In this document: positions 36,057 through 45,113 of the stretch, one piece after another
Layout: every line of letters starts with the position of its first letter
Numbering within the stretch: position 1 is the stretch's first letter
DNA from: Candidatus Moraniibacteriota bacterium
Lineage (GTDB): Bacteria; Patescibacteriota; Minisyncoccia; Moranbacterales; UBA1568
Direction: 5' to 3'
DNA length: 51,638 nt
Assembly: GCA_037441965.1 (NCBI GenBank)
Contig: JBBIRD010000006.1
Span: 1 to 51,638 of the forward strand
Made by a program: the position numbers and the translations under genes
Notes under the pieces: model-generated
Seen by the model: the letters and a program-made list of their open reading frames with translations, nothing else
The model's database searches: none
Told to the model about the DNA's origin: nothing

Positions 36057-37487
36057 TCATTTCGTTTCCTTCATCACTTGTCCAATAAGAAACTGGAAAG
36101 CGTTTTGTTTCCCTGCACGATAATCAGTTATAGATTTTTCATTTACAGAAAGAACAGTGTCAACAACTACTTCAAGTTCAGAAACATCACTCAATTGAGA
36201 CAAGTTCAGACGCTCAATAATGTGTGATGGATCATTATCTCCACCTTTATACATTTCAGCAAGTACAGTCTGTGCAGCACTAGAATTGATCTTTCCCATC
36301 GCAACAATACCAATAAACTCGGCATAATTCTCAGGAGTGATTTTTATCGTAGTGATATCTTCCCCGTTTTCCGAAAAATATTTTCGAATTTCGGTTAATA
36401 TATAATTTGAAGCAAGTTTAAGTAATCGTTCAAATGGCACTGTAATTTCTTTCGATTTTATTTTTTCCTCAAGTTCACTCGCTACAGATTCAAAGTAAGA
36501 GGCTAACAGTCGATCTTCCGTAAGAGTAACGACATCAGATGCAGGTAATCCATATTCGGATACAAAACGATGAAACTTAGCATCAGGCAATTCAGGAAGT
36601 GTCGCTCGTAATCTATCAACATATTCCTCAGTAAACAGGAACGGTGGAATATCTGGTTCAGGAAAATAACGATAATCATGAGCGGACTCTTTCTTGCGCT
36701 GAGAAACAGTTACTCCTTTTGCTTCATCCCAACCTCTTGTCTCTTGTATAAGGGTCCCTCCTGCTTCGAGAACACTTGTCTGTCTGGTGATCTCATATTC
36801 GATTGACCGTTCTACAGAACGAAAAGAATTGATATTTTTTATCTCTGCTTTTGTTCCTGAGAGCCTATCATCACCTTCTTTATATAATGAGATATTAACT
36901 TCGCAACGCATTTGACCTTTTTCCATATCGGCATCTGAAACATCAAGATAACGAAGTGTTTGACGGAGTTTTTGACAGAAAAGTCTTACATCTTTTCCGT
37001 TAGTAAAATCCGCTTCCGTAACGAGTTCCATAAGTGGCACTCCGGCACGATTAAAATCTACAAGCGTAAAATGTTCTCCTGTTGGATGCATTGATTTACC
37101 AGTGTCTTCTTCAAGATGAATACGAGTGATACGAAAAGATTTCTTCGTTCCATTATCCTCTATTTCCATTACGCCATGCTCACAAAACGGTTCATCATAC
37201 TGAGAAATCTGATAACCTTTCGGGATATCTGGATAAAAATAATTTTTACGATCAAACTTTGACTGAAGTCGTAATGTACAACCAAGCGCTAACCCTACTC
37301 TCTGTACTGCTTCTATAGCCTTACGATTTGGCACAGGCAATGTTCCTGGCTGAGCTGTACAAACAGGGCAAATATTGACATTTGGTGTTTTCTCAAGACC
37401 AAGTCCATTCTTACACGAGCAAAACATTTTTGATGCTGTTTTAAGCTCCGCGTGTATTTCCATTCCTATAGTAACATTGTATTTCAT
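36057..37487 (-). CDS. gatB: Asp/Glu-tRNA amidotransferase subunit B; homology continues past the TGA at 36057 to a TAA at 36006
   Basis: IGMEIHAEL, DRKNYFYPD.PKGYQISQ, HLEED, DFNRAGVPLMELVT, DYRYFPEPD. Confidence 0.97.
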   Translation of the reverse strand: MKYNVTIGMEIHAELKTASKMFCSCKNGLGLEKTPNVNICPVCTAQPGTLPVPNRKAIEAVQRVGLALGCTLRLQSKFDRKNYFYPDIPKGYQISQYDEPFCEHGVMEIEDNGTKKSFRITRIHLEEDTGKSMHPTGEHFTLVDFNRAGVPLMELVTEADFTNGKDVRLFCQKLRQTLRYLDVSDADMEKGQMRCEVNISLYKEGDDRLSGTKAEIKNINSFRSVERSIEYEITRQTSVLEAGGTLIQETRGWDEAKGVTVSQRKKESAHDYRYFPEPDIPPFLFTEEYVDRLRATLPELPDAKFHRFVSEYGLPASDVVTLTEDRLLASYFESVASELEEKIKSKEITVPFERLLKLASNYILTEIRKYFSENGEDITTIKITPENYAEFIGIVAMGKINSSAAQTVLAEMYKGGDNDPSHIIERLNLSQLSDVSELEVVVDTVLSVNEKSITDYRAGKQNAFQFLIGQVMKETK

Positions 37488-37549
37488 AAAATGCGTATTT
37501 CACTTTAAAGATTGACCTTTAGAAAATCGAGAGTATACCACTATTTCTC

Positions 37550-38113
37550 TCATTTCTCTCCATTTTGAATCTTTTTCACTATTTGATCAACTTGTGCATA
37601 CAACTCTTCAAGAGTTCCATCATTATTAATAACAAAATCCGCGCGTTCTTTCAAGTCACGAATCTGTTTTTCTGTCTCAAGTAACGCATCCTTCTCGAAT
37701 TGTACTTCCGTTTTCATCATATCATCAGTATTCTGGCGTCTTTGTATCAAACGTTTATATCTCGCTTCAGCTGAAGTTTCTACATATACAAGATAAAAAT
37801 GTGTTTCATTTTCCAAATGCACAATATCAGAATATCGACGAATACCATCAACAACCACAAGAGTACTCTCACTTTTCTTCGCCTCCGTCAAAATAACTCG
37901 CGAAAAAATATCTTCGCCAAACGCCTTCCTGACATACAGAGAAAGCTTCGCCATATTTTCTCTATTCTGATCAAAATACAATCGATCCAGTATATCTCGT
38001 AATGGTTGAGAAAAACGAATTGAAGAAGCGTTATATTGTTTGGCAATGTATTTTCCCACAGTATCCTTACCTGATGCTATTTCTCCTGAAATCCCTAAAA
38101 TTATTTTCTGCAT
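37550..38113 (-). CDS. P-loop nucleoside-monophosphate kinase-like protein (dNMP kinase/dephospho-CoA kinase fold)
   Basis: GEIASGKDT, FSQPLR, VVDGIR, ADFVINNDG. Confidence 0.75.
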   Translation of the reverse strand: MQKIILGISGEIASGKDTVGKYIAKQYNASSIRFSQPLRDILDRLYFDQNRENMAKLSLYVRKAFGEDIFSRVILTEAKKSESTLVVVDGIRRYSDIVHLENETHFYLVYVETSAEARYKRLIQRRQNTDDMMKTEVQFEKDALLETEKQIRDLKERADFVINNDGTLEELYAQVDQIVKKIQNGEK

Positions 38114-38135
38114 ATAAAATATTTTTTTAAAAAAA

Positions 38136-38624
38136 TTATCTCTCCATTACAACAAATGAAAATATATGTTCATCATTACTTATTTTTTCTTCACTTATTT
38201 TTTTTGTAAACTCATCATACGGAGGGAAAAAAGTATCAGCATCGTATACCCCTGATACAAGCGTCAAATATAAACGATCCACACGAGGAAGAAATTGTTT
38301 GTAAATACTGGCTCCTCCAATAATAAATATCTCTTCTTTCTCATATTTATTTGCTTCATTTATGGCTTCATCAAGGGATGAAACAACAATACAACCTTCA
38401 GGAGAAAAACCTTCTGTTAGAGATAAAATAATGTTTGTTCGATGAGGCAAAGGTCGTCCAATAGAGTGATATGTATTTTCACCCATCACCACTGTATGTC
38501 CTGCTGTTAATTCCTTAAAATGTTTCAGATCTTCAGAAATGTGCCATAAAAGATGATTATCTTTTCCGATACCTCTCTTCTCATCAATTGCCACAATAAT
38601 ACTCAAACGAGGTTTTTTCATCAT
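38136..38624 (-). CDS. folA: Dihydrofolate reductase
   Basis: IGKDNHLLWHISEDL..FK, SIGRPLP.R.N, IIGGASIY, DTFFP; ATGA overlap with thyA. Confidence 0.95.
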   Translation of the reverse strand: MMKKPRLSIIVAIDEKRGIGKDNHLLWHISEDLKHFKELTAGHTVVMGENTYHSIGRPLPHRTNIILSLTEGFSPEGCIVVSSLDEAINEANKYEKEEIFIIGGASIYKQFLPRVDRLYLTLVSGVYDADTFFPPYDEFTKKISEEKISNDEHIFSFVVMER

Positions 38625-39667
38625 AAACTATTTTTCTTGAGAGTAAATAATGTATTATCTTTCTTCTCAAAACCACCAATATTCGCAATCTCTGCACGAA
38701 TCGCCGGATGAGGATCATACCCTTCGATCATAATATCTTCAAAAACAAAATCATCAATACTCTTCCTTTCGGGATTGAGAACGAGCTTCGGAAATGGTTT
38801 TGGTTCACGAGTCAGTTGCTCTTTCGCTTGATCAAAATGATTGCTATAAATATGGGCATCGCCAAAAAAATGTACAAACTCTCCTGCTTTGAGTCCTGTT
38901 ACCTGTGCCACCATATGAAGAAGCAATGCGTAACTAGCGATGTTAAATGGCACACCAAGAAAAGTATCTGCGCTCCGTTGATATAGTCCCAAATTAAGAG
39001 TGTTGTTATCTGTTACTTGAAACTGAAATGTCGTATGACAAAATGGAGGTACTTCATTCGCATTACCACTTGATGCCATCGCATAAATAAAATCAGGATT
39101 CCATGCAGAAATAACATAAGACTTGCGAAATGGTTTATCTTTCAATCCATCGATCACCCAGGCCAATTGATCGATCTCTCTGCCATCGCTTGCAGGCCAG
39201 CGTCGCCACATCCGTCCGTAAATAGTAACGAGATCGCCCCATTTTTTTACAAATGCATCATTTGATGGAAGTGACTTCAATTTTGTAATAAAATCTTCTT
39301 GTGTCATTTCAGATAATCCTTCATCGGATGCTTGCTTGTTATATCGCTTCCACGCCCATTCGTCCCAAATGTGTACATCATTATCAACAAGATATTTGAT
39401 ATTAGAATCACCACGCAGAAACCAAAGAAGTTCATGAATAATACCTCGATGAAAAACTTTTTTTGTTGTCAAAAGAGGAAAGCCATCAGCCATATTATAT
39501 CGCATCGAATATCCAAAAATTGATCGAATAAATGGTGGTTTCTCGTTTTTCTCTTCATATTTCTTCAAAATCTCCGGGGTAAAGAACACTTCTTTATCTG
39601 ATCCTTTTTCAAGAATCGTTTTTACCATATCAAGATATTGATACTCTGGATGATGTTTCGTACTCAT
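38621..39667 (-). CDS. thyA: Thymidylate synthase family protein (atypical ThyA)
   Basis: FPLLTTKK, ELLWFL.G, IWDEWA, SAWN, CH..FQF, YQRSAD.FLGVPFNIASY, GDAHIYSNH. Confidence 0.92.
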   Translation of the reverse strand: MSTKHHPEYQYLDMVKTILEKGSDKEVFFTPEILKKYEEKNEKPPFIRSIFGYSMRYNMADGFPLLTTKKVFHRGIIHELLWFLRGDSNIKYLVDNDVHIWDEWAWKRYNKQASDEGLSEMTQEDFITKLKSLPSNDAFVKKWGDLVTIYGRMWRRWPASDGREIDQLAWVIDGLKDKPFRKSYVISAWNPDFIYAMASSGNANEVPPFCHTTFQFQVTDNNTLNLGLYQRSADTFLGVPFNIASYALLLHMVAQVTGLKAGEFVHFFGDAHIYSNHFDQAKEQLTREPKPFPKLVLNPERKSIDDFVFEDIMIEGYDPHPAIRAEIANIGGFEKKDNTLFTLKKNSL

Positions 39668-39686
39668 AATATTTTTCACACAAAAC

Positions 39687-40247
39687 TTATTTCTTTTTTA
39701 GAATACGCTTCTTCTCTGGTTCAAAATGAGACCAATTATTCTTACTAAAACGACCAAAATTTTTATAATTATTTTCTACCGGACTTGTTAGTGTTGAAAA
39801 AACAAACTGTGCTATCTGCATACCAGGACGGAGAACTAGTGGTACCCTGTTGATATTTGACAATTCAAGAGTAAGGTTGAGAAAATGTCCCGGATTAATC
39901 AACCCTGCAGTATTATGCACAACTAAACCAACACGCGCCAAACTACTTTTTCCGGAAATTTGAATAAGATAGGTATCGCTCCCTACAAAATCTCGCACCT
40001 TGCCGAGCACTGTTTCTCCTGGGAAGAGATAGAAAGCTTCACCTTCTTTCACATGATGTTCTTTGGTATGAGGAAATATTTTTTTTACTGGATCAATAAA
40101 AGGCGTATTATGAACATCAGTAACAATAAAATCATTATCTAATATCACATCATAACTTACTGAACCTAAACGCTTTGGATCAAAATTTTTAATTGTAATC
40201 GTCCCGTCTTTCACTGCCTGTTTGATGTCTTTATCAGAGAGATACAT
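39687..40247 (-). CDS. dcd: dCTP deaminase family protein (atypical)
   Basis: MYLSD.DI, GKSSLARVGL..H.TAG, LTLEL.N, PGMQIAQ..F. Confidence 0.88.
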   Translation of the reverse strand: MYLSDKDIKQAVKDGTITIKNFDPKRLGSVSYDVILDNDFIVTDVHNTPFIDPVKKIFPHTKEHHVKEGEAFYLFPGETVLGKVRDFVGSDTYLIQISGKSSLARVGLVVHNTAGLINPGHFLNLTLELSNINRVPLVLRPGMQIAQFVFSTLTSPVENNYKNFGRFSKNNWSHFEPEKKRILKKK

Positions 40248-40258
40248 AAAGAAATATA

Positions 40259-40942
40259 TTAAAGGATAGTAAATGTTTTTTCGGTACCATAATATTCTGA
40301 CCAATGCTCGTTGTAATGAGCGAACATACGAGCCAGTCTTTCTTGATCAAGTTCTTGCACTTGCAGTCGTTGCATTGTTTCACGAAGATTTTTCTTCACA
40401 ACTTCTGCTTCTGATCCGTCAGTAACGATTTTTTCAAACTCTGCTATATACCCATAGCCAGCATTTTTATCAATACAAACAGTCATATCTTGAAAGGCAT
40501 ATTCTTTACGATCACGCGACCATTTTGCTTGATAGACACAATCAGAATCAAGGAGCAAATGATCAAGCATATCCAAAGAAAGATCAGGCATTTCAGTTTC
40601 AAACTCGAGACGCGCTGTACCATTAGAACTCGTTGTATCATCAATGGAAGCCTTGATAACGAATAATACTCTGTCGTTTGCTTTTCGTGTACGAATAGAG
40701 ATATTTTTTCCTTCGTACAGAATCTTTTTTAAAGACATTTGTTTTTCTTCGCTCACATACGGTGCAATATGAGAAAAAATCTTCTCTGTGTCCCCTGTAA
40801 TGAAATAATGATTGAGCTGACTACTTTCACCGATACATTTTGTTTCTGCATCAAATGTGTGCATCTTTGTAAGCAAAGCGTCTGCACTCTCTCTACTTCC
40901 AAGTAAAGATTTTATTTCTATCTCGTATTGTTCTGTCATCAT
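40259..40942 (-). CDS. CYTH (triphosphate tunnel metalloenzyme) domain protein
   Basis: ExExK (EIEIK) N-terminal motif, IRTR, LEFE, R.R..Y, D...GYG..AEFE. Confidence 0.8.
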   Translation of the reverse strand: MMTEQYEIEIKSLLGSRESADALLTKMHTFDAETKCIGESSQLNHYFITGDTEKIFSHIAPYVSEEKQMSLKKILYEGKNISIRTRKANDRVLFVIKASIDDTTSSNGTARLEFETEMPDLSLDMLDHLLLDSDCVYQAKWSRDRKEYAFQDMTVCIDKNAGYGYIAEFEKIVTDGSEAEVVKKNLRETMQRLQVQELDQERLARMFAHYNEHWSEYYGTEKTFTIL

Positions 40943-41059
40943 AGAGTACTTGAAAAATGGATAATAAAAAAGCTATTTTACCAGTATATCACAACCTTTC
41001 TCTAAACAAAAGCACAAAAAAAACAGGCTATTTTACTAGCCCGTTTTAAAGAAATAATA

Positions 41060-41749
41060 TTAGAACTTGATCGGAAGACTCGGTCCCATTGTCGAACAAA
41101 TAGATATGGATTTGATCAGCTTTCCTTTCATATTTTCCGGTTTAGAACGATCCAATGTTTCTTTGAGAACAGTATAATTTGCCAAAAGTGCTTCTGAAGA
41201 AAAAGATGATTTACCAATAACTTGATGGATATTTCCAGTATCATCATTCTTAAAACTCACTTTCTTTCCCTTCTTTAACATTTCAACTGTTTCTTTAATT
41301 TTCACCGTTACTGTTTCAGTTTTTGGACTTGGCATCATACCTTTCTGCCCCAAAACTTTAGCAACAAGAGCAAGTTTCGGCATCATTTCTGGTGTTGCAA
41401 GAAGAACATCAAAAGCTTGTCCAGGAATTATCTTACCGTTTTTGATATCAGCAATGAGTTCTTCGCCACCAATAAGATCAGCTTTGGCTTCTTCTGCTTC
41501 TTTTTCTTTTGTACTCGTTACAACTGCTACACGTTTCGTACGACCAGTACCTTCTGGGAGGACAAGTGTCATACGAATCATCTCATCAGATTTTTTCGTA
41601 TTGATACCAAGTCGCATATGTACTTCTACTGCTTCGTCAAAGCGAGCCATTTTATTTTCTCTAATAAAAGCAAAGGCCTCTTCTGGCGTATACATTTTTC
41701 CTGCCTCCATCTTCTCCATTACTTTTTTATAATTTTTGCTTTGTGACAT
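41060..41749 (-). CDS. rplA: 50S ribosomal protein L1
   Basis: FDEAVEVH..LG, LP.GTG, LG.KGMMPSPK, STMGP. Confidence 0.97.
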   Translation of the reverse strand: MSQSKNYKKVMEKMEAGKMYTPEEAFAFIRENKMARFDEAVEVHMRLGINTKKSDEMIRMTLVLPEGTGRTKRVAVVTSTKEKEAEEAKADLIGGEELIADIKNGKIIPGQAFDVLLATPEMMPKLALVAKVLGQKGMMPSPKTETVTVKIKETVEMLKKGKKVSFKNDDTGNIHQVIGKSSFSSEALLANYTVLKETLDRSKPENMKGKLIKSISICSTMGPSLPIKF

Positions 41750-41760
41750 AATATTGTTAC

Positions 41761-41790
41761 GTGGTACAAACGCCTTATCTGGCTCCCACA
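41761..41790 (-). promoter_or_regulatory. L1-binding autoregulatory site
   Basis: GUGGGAG-CC...GG...ACCAC motif between rplK and rplA. Confidence 0.65.
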
Positions 41791-41801
41791 CATTAAAAAA
41801 A

Positions 41802-42227
41802 TTAATCAATTACTTTTATACCCATAGAACGAGCTGATCCTGCGATGATTTTTGTAGCTTGTTCTACAGTATGAGCATTCAAATCTTCCATTTTCTTCTC
41901 AGCAATTTCTTTCACTTGTGCCATCGTTACTGATCCTGCTTTATCTTTGAGAGGATTTGATGCTCCTTTAGCGATACCAGCAGCTTTCTTCAAAAGATCA
42001 GATGCTGGGGAAGTTTTCAGAACAAACGAAAAAGTACGATCTTCAAAAACAGTAATCTCAGCTGGAACAATATCACCCATACGATCCTGAGTTGCTGCGT
42101 TAAACTTCGAACAAAAGTCCTGAATATTCAGTCCGTGTTGTCCAAGAGCTGGTCCGACTGGAGGAGCTGGATTTGCTTTTCCTGCTGCAATCTGTAATTT
42201 TATAACTGCTTTTATTGCCTTTGCCAT
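41802..42227 (-). CDS. rplK: 50S ribosomal protein L11
   Basis: [22 protein letters not shown]. Confidence 0.98.
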   Translation of the reverse strand: MAKAIKAVIKLQIAAGKANPAPPVGPALGQHGLNIQDFCSKFNAATQDRMGDIVPAEITVFEDRTFSFVLKTSPASDLLKKAAGIAKGASNPLKDKAGSVTMAQVKEIAEKKMEDLNAHTVEQATKIIAGSARSMGIKVID

Positions 42228-42250
42228 AAGAGTAATACTATTTTGATAAA

Positions 42251-42796
42251 TTATGCTTTCTTAACCTGAAGAAAATCAAGTTCAACGGGTGTTTCACGAC
42301 CAAATATCGATACAAAAACTTTTACTTTTCCTTTTGCTTCATCGACTTCTTGAATCTTGCCTTCAAAATCTTTGAATGGACCATCAACGATACTGATAGA
42401 ATCACCAATATGAACATCAATCTTGTATTTCGGTTCAGCAACACCCATACGTTTTTTCAAAGCTTCAATTTCTTTCATATCTACAGGAGTAGGTGTAGTA
42501 CCAAGTCCGATAAAGCCTGTAACATTTGGGGTGTTACGCACAACATACCAAGAAGCATCCGTCACAATCATATCTACCAAAACATATCCTGGATAGATCC
42601 TTTCTTCAACGACAACACGCTTACCACCTTTGATCTTAATTTTCTTTTCTTTGGGAACAAGAACATCAAAAATGAGCTCTTGCATATCCATCGAATCGAT
42701 TCTTTGTTTCAAATTACGAGTTACATTGTCTTCATATCCTGAATAGGTGTGAAGTACATACCAAGCGCGTCCATGATGTTGTGTTTGCTTTGCCAT
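42251..42796 (-). CDS. nusG: Transcription termination/antitermination factor NusG
   Basis: [34 protein letters not shown]. Confidence 0.98.
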   Translation of the reverse strand: MAKQTQHHGRAWYVLHTYSGYEDNVTRNLKQRIDSMDMQELIFDVLVPKEKKIKIKGGKRVVVEERIYPGYVLVDMIVTDASWYVVRNTPNVTGFIGLGTTPTPVDMKEIEALKKRMGVAEPKYKIDVHIGDSISIVDGPFKDFEGKIQEVDEAKGKVKVFVSIFGRETPVELDFLQVKKA

Positions 42797-42806
42797 AACA
42801 AAGAAA

Positions 42807-42992
42807 TTATTTAATGAGAAACTTAGTAACAAGTGTACTGAAAAAATAGTCTAAACTTCCGAGAAAAAATGCAACGAATACACTAATCGAAATAACTAAA
42901 AGAGTATATAAAAAAATCTGCTTCCGAGTCGGCCAATTTACACGAGAAAGTTCAGCTTTGGCTTCAGAGAGAAATTGCAATATCGCATTCAT
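42807..42992 (-). CDS. secE: Preprotein translocase SecE
   Basis: ELSRVNWPTR plus one TM helix; upstream of nusG. An alternative TTG start lies at 43007. Confidence 0.93.
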   Translation of the reverse strand: MNAILQFLSEAKAELSRVNWPTRKQIFLYTLLVISISVFVAFFLGSLDYFFSTLVTKFLIK

Positions 42993-43103
42993 ATTTTTTA
43001 TGATCAAATTTCACCTCTTAAAAAAAGCCCCAAGGGCTTTGTATAAGAAAGATATCACGAATATCTCATATCGTCAAGAGAGAAAAAAGAACAGTTTTCT
43101 TCT

Positions 43104-43634
43104 CTAAAAAAGCTCCATTTCATCAAAAAAAGCTCGGTAGTTTCCTATCCAATGTTCTGCTTCTTCTTTTGTGAGCATAAAATCTGGTTCATGAATAATC
43201 CTATTTCTGATAGTATGTGCTTCAACCAATTTTTCTTTTGTTTCTATTTGACCATTCTGTATATTTTCAAGTTTTTCGCCCATCGTCTTTCCTTTGTAAT
43301 CCATACCAAGCAGGAGTTCTTCTGCAAACACATCGGCTTCCAGAATAGCTACTTTATACTGTGAAGGATTGGTGCCTTTCAAACGATCAAGAATTTTTTC
43401 AAAACGCACAATAGCTTGAGATTTGGAGATAATGGGACGAACTGTGCCATACAAAGCAGTCCTCACATTTCCTGATATTCCTCGCAAAATAAGCAACATC
43501 ACAATATCAGCGAAAAGAACAACAACGTACACAAAAAGGAATACTTTGACAACTTTGACAATAATCGAAGCAGAAAAAAATACAACAAGACCGTTCCATA
43601 TTTCAAGAGCAAGAGCAAGAAAATCAATATCCAT
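43104..43634 (-). CDS. Hypothetical membrane-anchored protein
   Basis: N-terminal TM region; helical domain with KVAILEAD, GKTMGEKL, AHTIRNRIIHE. Confidence 0.75.
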   Translation of the reverse strand: MDIDFLALALEIWNGLVVFFSASIIVKVVKVFLFVYVVVLFADIVMLLILRGISGNVRTALYGTVRPIISKSQAIVRFEKILDRLKGTNPSQYKVAILEADVFAEELLLGMDYKGKTMGEKLENIQNGQIETKEKLVEAHTIRNRIIHEPDFMLTKEEAEHWIGNYRAFFDEMELF

Positions 43635-43638
43635 ACAA

Positions 43639-45105
43639 TTATTTTTCTCTATTTTTTTGATGTATTTTTTCGAAAGCGTCAGCAACACACAATAGATTCT
43701 CCTCATCAAACCATTTGCCTTGCAGTTGCCCACCAATAGGCAAATGTTTTCCTTCTTCTTCTACGCTTCCAATAGGAAAAGAAATAGCAGGTACACCCGT
43801 GAGATTCGCTGTAATTGTATATACATCACCCAAATACATTTTGAGAGGATCAGTAGTTTTTGATCCTATTTTGAAAGCTGGTTCCGGAGTCGTTGGTGAA
43901 AAAATAAAATCAACTTGCTCAAAAGCTTTCTCAAAATCTTGTTTCAATAGTGCTCTCACTTTCTGTGCCTTGAGATAATATGCATCATAATATCCCGAAG
44001 AAAGACTGTATGTTCCAAGCATAATACGACGCTTTACTTCTGCTCCGAAACCATATCGACGCGTATCAAGATAGGTTTCAAGCAGAGTGCTTGTTTTCTC
44101 TCTTGAATCTTCTTTATCATCAATAGAAAGTCCAAAACGAATACCGTCATATCTTGCAAAATTAGAACTCACTTCACATGGCTGAATAATATAGTACGAA
44201 GGCAGAGCATACGAACTATGTGGCAGAGATATTTCTTTTACTTCTATACCGAGCGTTTTGAAATGTTCGATAGCTGTATCACACAAAGCTTTAATTCTTG
44301 GATCAAGATCAGCAGAAAAATATTCTTTAGGGATACCGATTTTCTTTCCACGAACATCATTACCTAAATAATCTTCGTATTTTTTTTCATACCCACCTTC
44401 AGCAGTCGTAGCATCACAAGGATCATGACCCGCGATACGAGAAAATACGATGGCAACATCTTCTACCGTTTGTGCAATCGGACCAATCTGATCCAAACTT
44501 GATGCGCCTGCCATAAGCCCATAGCGACTCACCCTGCCGTATGTTGGCTTCAATCCTACTACACCACAGAAAGAGGCTGGTTGACGAATGGAACCACCAG
44601 TATCTGATCCGAGTGCCCATACTGCTTCTCCTGAAGCAACACAAGCAGCAGATCCACCTGATGTCCCCCCAGGAACACGCGTTTGATCATAAGGATTCTT
44701 CGTTACTTGATAGGCGCTACTTTCTGTCGACGAACCAAACGCAAACTCATCCATATTCGTCTTACCAAGAAACAATGTATGTACAGATTTCAATCGAGCA
44801 ATAACCGTAGCATCATACGGAGCAATATAATTATCAAGAATTTTTGAAGCAGATGTCGCACGAACTCCTTCTATCAAGATATTATCTTTGATAGCTCCAG
44901 GAATACCCTCGAGAAGATCGATGGACTCGCCTCGTTTTAATTTCTCATCAACAAGCGTTGCTTCGTGCAATACCTGTTCTTCAAGCACTGTAAGATAAGC
45001 AAGTATTTCAGGGTCCTTTTCTTGAATCACTCGAAGATATTGTTGAGCGAGATCTACTGCGGTAATTTCTCCCGCTACTAACTTGTTATGTAATTGACGA
45101 ATCAT
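43639..45105 (-). CDS. gatA: Asp/Glu-tRNA amidotransferase subunit A
   Basis: KDN, GKTNMDEFA.GSS, GSDTGGSIRQPA, RYDGIRFG. Confidence 0.97.
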   Translation of the reverse strand: MIRQLHNKLVAGEITAVDLAQQYLRVIQEKDPEILAYLTVLEEQVLHEATLVDEKLKRGESIDLLEGIPGAIKDNILIEGVRATSASKILDNYIAPYDATVIARLKSVHTLFLGKTNMDEFAFGSSTESSAYQVTKNPYDQTRVPGGTSGGSAACVASGEAVWALGSDTGGSIRQPASFCGVVGLKPTYGRVSRYGLMAGASSLDQIGPIAQTVEDVAIVFSRIAGHDPCDATTAEGGYEKKYEDYLGNDVRGKKIGIPKEYFSADLDPRIKALCDTAIEHFKTLGIEVKEISLPHSSYALPSYYIIQPCEVSSNFARYDGIRFGLSIDDKEDSREKTSTLLETYLDTRRYGFGAEVKRRIMLGTYSLSSGYYDAYYLKAQKVRALLKQDFEKAFEQVDFIFSPTTPEPAFKIGSKTTDPLKMYLGDVYTITANLTGVPAISFPIGSVEEEGKHLPIGGQLQGKWFDEENLLCVADAFEKIHQKNREK

Positions 45106-45113
45106 ACTATCAT

